From Lacisediminihabitans sp. (lineage in GTDB: Bacteria; Actinomycetota; Actinomycetes; Actinomycetales; Microbacteriaceae), in assembly GCA_043746355.1 (NCBI GenBank), contig JAYTRC010000055.1, positions 34,879 through 98,878 on the forward strand: a DNA stretch of 64,000 nucleotides, in the 5' to 3' direction. Under the pieces are notes generated by a model, which ran no database searches, was not told where the DNA came from, and saw nothing but the letters and a program-made list of their open reading frames with translations. Each line of letters begins with the position of its first letter. The first letter of the stretch is position 1. Below, piece after piece: positions 60,443 to 64,000 of the stretch. The position numbers and the translations under genes are program-made.

Positions 60443-61087
60443 ATGTCTGAAAAAAAGGTTCACAAGGAACTAACCAACAAGATCGAGGCCGAGCCGCGCA
60501 CCACGTTCGGTAAGGGTGTCGCGCGCAAGCTTCGCTCGGCTGGCAAGATTCCCGTCGTCGTCTACGGCCACGGTACCGACCCGCAGCATTTCGCCGTTCC
60601 TGCGCACGACGTCGGACTGCTTCTTCGCAAGGCGAACGCGATCCTCGACCTGCAGATCGCGGGCAAGAGCCAGCTGGCTCTCGTGAAAGATGTGCAGAAA
60701 GATCCTCTGCGCCAGATCATCGAGCACATCGACTTGGTCATCATCCGCCAGGGCGAGAAGGTCACTGTCGACATCCCGATCCACCTCGAGGGCGAGTCGT
60801 TCAGCGGCACCACGGTCAACCAAGACGCGAACACGCTGTCGATCGAGGCCGAGGCCACGAACATCCCGGAGCGCATCGTCATCGACATCGAGGGCAAGGA
60901 AGAGGGCTACACGGTTCTCGCCAAAGATGTCGTGCTGCCGGCCGGATCCAGCCTCATCAGCGACCCGGAGCTTCTCGTCGTCGCAGTCACCTCGGCTGTA
61001 GAGGCCGATCTGGGCGATGCGCCGGAAGCGACTGACGCTGATGCTGAGGCTGAGGCACCGGCCGCAGCTGAGGCAGACGCCGAGTAA
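60443..61087 (+). CDS. rplY: 50S ribosomal protein L25/Ctc
   Basis: RTTFGKGVARKLR..IPVVVYGHG, KDVQKDP..IEHIDL, acidic tail. Confidence 0.96.
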   Translation: MSEKKVHKELTNKIEAEPRTTFGKGVARKLRSAGKIPVVVYGHGTDPQHFAVPAHDVGLLLRKANAILDLQIAGKSQLALVKDVQKDPLRQIIEHIDLVIIRQGEKVTVDIPIHLEGESFSGTTVNQDANTLSIEAEATNIPERIVIDIEGKEEGYTVLAKDVVLPAGSSLISDPELLVVAVTSAVEADLGDAPEATDADAEAEAPAAAEADAE

Positions 61088-61099
61088 CGAGCAGACCAA

Positions 61100-61687
61100 C
61101 TGGATACTCTTCAGTGGCTCGTAGTCGGGCTCGGTAACCCCGGGCCCGACTACGCGAGCAACCGGCACAATGTCGGCCAAATGGTGCTCGCAGATCTCGC
61201 CGACCGCCTAGGCGCGAAGTTCAAGAGTCAGAAAAACAACGCCATGGTTGCCGAGGGGCGCACCGGCATCGAGGGTCCGCGCCTGATCCTGGCGAAACCG
61301 AACAGTTTCATGAACCTATCGGGTGGCCCGGTCTCGTCGCTGATGAAGTACTACAGGCTTGAGCCGTCGCAGTTGATTGTTGTTCATGACGAGCTCGACA
61401 TCCCGTTCGACCGCATTCGATTGAAACTCGGAGGCGGTGCGGGTGGTCACAACGGCATCAAAGACATTGCGGCTGCCCTCGGTTCGCCGGACTTCTTCCG
61501 GGTTCGAGTCGGTATCGGTCGCCCTCCCGGTCGACAATCGGCAGCCGACTTCGTGTTGCGCGATTTCGCGTCGACCGAGCGGGCGATGCTTCCTTCCCTG
61601 TTGGCGGATGCCGCTGACGCTGTCGAGCAGATCGCTCGCGAGGGACTGACCGCTGCCCAGTTGCGCTTTCACACGGACCCCTCCTAA
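61100..61687 (+). CDS. pth: Peptidyl-tRNA hydrolase, apparent CTG start
   Basis: WLVVGLGNPG..NRHNVG, KPNSFMNLSG, HDELD, GGHNGIK, RVRVGIGRP. The only start-like in-frame codon between the rplY stop and the conserved N-terminus is CTG 61100. Confidence 0.92.
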   Translation: MDTLQWLVVGLGNPGPDYASNRHNVGQMVLADLADRLGAKFKSQKNNAMVAEGRTGIEGPRLILAKPNSFMNLSGGPVSSLMKYYRLEPSQLIVVHDELDIPFDRIRLKLGGGAGGHNGIKDIAAALGSPDFFRVRVGIGRPPGRQSAADFVLRDFASTERAMLPSLLADAADAVEQIAREGLTAAQLRFHTDPS

Positions 61688-61714
61688 CAGCTCTGCCGCG
61701 CATCCGGTGTCGGG

Positions 61715-61763
61715 TGTGCAGTAGTGGTGACTTAGGGGACTGCTAACTCACCACTACTGCGCT
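61715..61763. repeat. REP-like palindrome copy 3 (solo)
   Basis: TGTGCAGTAGTGGTGAC-N15-CTCACCACTACTGCGCT; same arms and spacer length as copies 1 and 2. Confidence 0.85.
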
Positions 61764-61907
61764 CTCGTTGCTGCATCATCCACTCGGCCGGTGAACTTTT
61801 GCGATCGACCTTGTTGAGACCCCACGAGGCGGTTGCGTCGCCGATGAGATTTCGACGAGCTCGATCCGCCTTCGGCACTGTCAGCGCCCACGCGTAGACT
61901 CGATCAG

Positions 61908-64000
61908 GTGATACTCGAGGGCTTAATCCCGGCGCTTCAGCGCGCCCGCACGTTCGATAACGCCCTCAAATGGAGCAAAAGCAGTGCGGACTTCTCCCTC
62001 GTAGAGGGTCTTCGCGCCCCACTGCTGGCAGCGTTGCTGGATGCTCGACGAGCAGCCAGGGGCACCCCTCAGGCACTCCTCGCGATCGTGGCGACCGGCC
62101 GTGACTCAGAGTCTCTGCGCGGTGCGCTCGCGAGCGTGATGCCGCAGGCGGAGATCATCGAGTTTCCCGCCTGGGAGACCCTGCCGCACGAGCGGCTGAG
62201 CCCAAGCGCTGAGACTGTCGGCAAGCGCATCCGTGCCCTCCGCGATCTCGCCCAGTGGGAAACGAATCCCACCAATGACATCGTGATCGTGGCCAGTGTT
62301 CGGGCAGCACTTCAGCCGCTCGCCGACGACCTAACCAGTCACGAGTCGATCACCCTCGTCGCCGGGGGCCGCGGCTACAACCTCGCCGGCCTCAGCACCC
62401 AACTGGTCGACCTTGCCTATTCGCGGGTTGACATGGTCACGCGTCGCGGCGAGTTCGCTGTGCGTGGCGGAATCCTCGACGTGTTCGCACCGACCGCCGA
62501 GCACCCGTGGCGAGTCGAGTTCTTCGGCGACGAGGTCGAGCAGATCCGCGAGTTCTCCGTTGCGGACCAGAGGTCACTGCCCGAACCTGTGCTAACCGTC
62601 GAGCTGCTGGCCAGCCGGGAGCTGCTGCTCACGCCGGCCGTTCGGCAACGCGCGCGAGAGATGCAGCACGAGTTCCCGAGTCTCGCGCAGATGCTCGCGA
62701 AGGTCGGCGAGGGCATTCCCGTCGATGGGATGGAGTCGCTCGCCCCTGCGCTCGTTGAGAGACTTGTTCCGCTCACCCACTACCTGCCGAACGATGCCGC
62801 CATCGCAGTGCTCGCGCCCGAGCGGGTGGCGAGCCGCGCGGTCAGCCTGGTCGAGACGAACCGTGAGTTCCTGAGCGCGGCATGGAACGCGGCGACGGCC
62901 GGGGCCGAGGCCCCGATTGATCTGGCGTCCGGCGAATTCCTCAGCGTGAACGGGCTGCGCGAGTCGGCGGGGGATCGCGCGTGGTGGACGCTCAGCAGCT
63001 TTGATTCCGGAGCGACAGCACCCCCGCTGCTCGAGCTTGTCGAAACCTCCACCGGCCGAAAGGTGAGCGAGGTCATCCCGGTAGCCGCAACCTCTGAGAT
63101 GCGTGATGGTGACCACTACCTGCGCATCGAAGCCGGCACGGTTCCGACGTTCCAGGGCCAGGCGAACGGGGCGATCGATTACGTCGGCGACCGGTTGAAG
63201 GCCGGCTGGTCGGTCATCATCGTGGCGCAGGGTCACGGCCAGGTCGAGCGGGCAGCGGAGGCGCTTGGCGAGAACGGCTCGGCCGCGCGGCTGGTCGAAG
63301 AGCTGCCCAAGAAGCTTGAGACCGGTGTGGCATACCTGCTCAAGGCAGCCGTTGAAAACGGTTTTGAGCTGCCAGAGCTGAACCTCGTCGTTGTGAGCGA
63401 GAGCGAGTTCTACGGACGCGCTGCCGGGTATGACGCCCGCCAGGTGAAGAAGCTCGCGAGTCGCCGTAAGAACGTGGTTGATCCGCTTCAGTTGAAGGCC
63501 GGCGATTTCGTCGTGCACGAGACCCACGGCATCGGCCGGTTCGCCGAGCTCGTGCAGCGGGAGGTCAGTACCGGCGGTCGTAATCCGGTCAAGAACAGCC
63601 GAGAATACCTGCTCGTCGAGTACGCGCCGTCGAAGCGTGGATACCCGAACGACAAGCTCTACGTTCCCACCGACCAGCTCGACCTGCTCACCCGTTATGT
63701 TGGTGGCGAAGCTCCAGCGCTCAGCAAGATGGGTGGCAGCGAGTGGGCCGCCCAAAAGGGTCGCGCGCGCAAGGCCGTGCGCGATATCGCCGTCGAACTG
63801 GTGAAGCTCTACTCCGCTCGCATGGCGAGTCGTGGGCACGCTTTCCCGCCAGACACCCCGTGGCAGCAGGAGCTCGAAGACTCCTTCCCATTCGCAGAGA
63901 CGCCCGACCAGTTGACCACCATCGATGAGGTAAAGGCCGACATGGAGCGCCCGATTCCGATGGATCGGCTCATCTCGGGCGACGTGGGGTATGGCAAGAC
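61908..64000 (+). CDS. mfd: Transcription-repair coupling factor Mfd (partial, runs off the window)
   Basis: GTG start 7 nt after TAGACT; FPAWETLPHERLSP, RRGEFAVRGGILD, GDFVVHETHGIG, LYVPTDQL, ETPDQL, DRLISGDVGYGK. Confidence 0.96.
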   Translation, partial: MILEGLIPALQRARTFDNALKWSKSSADFSLVEGLRAPLLAALLDARRAARGTPQALLAIVATGRDSESLRGALASVMPQAEIIEFPAWETLPHERLSPSAETVGKRIRALRDLAQWETNPTNDIVIVASVRAALQPLADDLTSHESITLVAGGRGYNLAGLSTQLVDLAYSRVDMVTRRGEFAVRGGILDVFAPTAEHPWRVEFFGDEVEQIREFSVADQRSLPEPVLTVELLASRELLLTPAVRQRAREMQHEFPSLAQMLAKVGEGIPVDGMESLAPALVERLVPLTHYLPNDAAIAVLAPERVASRAVSLVETNREFLSAAWNAATAGAEAPIDLASGEFLSVNGLRESAGDRAWWTLSSFDSGATAPPLLELVETSTGRKVSEVIPVAATSEMRDGDHYLRIEAGTVPTFQGQANGAIDYVGDRLKAGWSVIIVAQGHGQVERAAEALGENGSAARLVEELPKKLETGVAYLLKAAVENGFELPELNLVVVSESEFYGRAAGYDARQVKKLASRRKNVVDPLQLKAGDFVVHETHGIGRFAELVQREVSTGGRNPVKNSREYLLVEYAPSKRGYPNDKLYVPTDQLDLLTRYVGGEAPALSKMGGSEWAAQKGRARKAVRDIAVELVKLYSARMASRGHAFPPDTPWQQELEDSFPFAETPDQLTTIDEVKADMERPIPMDRLISGDVGYGK

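Noticed and set aside
47691-61763. Palindromic repeats with variable spacers as a CRISPR array
   Set aside because: Only three dispersed copies, each a single hairpin with an internal 15-nt spacer, not a tandem repeat-spacer array; no cas genes.
61908-64000. Apparent absence of a long ORF at the window end (pseudogene?)
   Set aside because: mfd reads open from GTG 61908 to the window edge wherever I checked it; it is missing from the ORF track only because its stop lies outside the window.

Overview
High-GC actinobacterial chromosome segment, most consistent with Microbacteriaceae (gene order pmt/rsmI-metG-tatD-rsmA-ispE-uup-tRNA-Gln-glmU-prs...rplY-pth-mfd, many leaderless genes, LAxTG-type sorting signal). 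It is mostly housekeeping: an nrdAB ribonucleotide reductase operon, a prpDBC methylcitrate operon, hrpA, metY, gnd/gntK, two acyl-CoA ligases and a fused ABC exporter. Accessory parts are an IclR-linked catabolic-looking cluster (1-6180), a DUF559/AbiEi-like gene flanked by palindromic repeats, and a wall-anchored ice-binding protein. Top observation: the RNR beta subunit has class Ic (Mn/Fe) signatures, and the alpha subunit ends without its C-terminal CxxC redox tail. That tail (...DELHCEACQ) is encoded instead by a 31-codon ORF missing from the ORF track, in frame just after the nrdA TAG and overlapping the nrdB start (TAATG). Second: a 17-bp-arm/15-nt-spacer palindrome family has two copies bracketing the DUF559-type nuclease gene and a third solo copy 13 kb away. 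No CRISPR array, prophage, integrase or transposase was recognised. All calls come from motif reading and family knowledge, not database searches.
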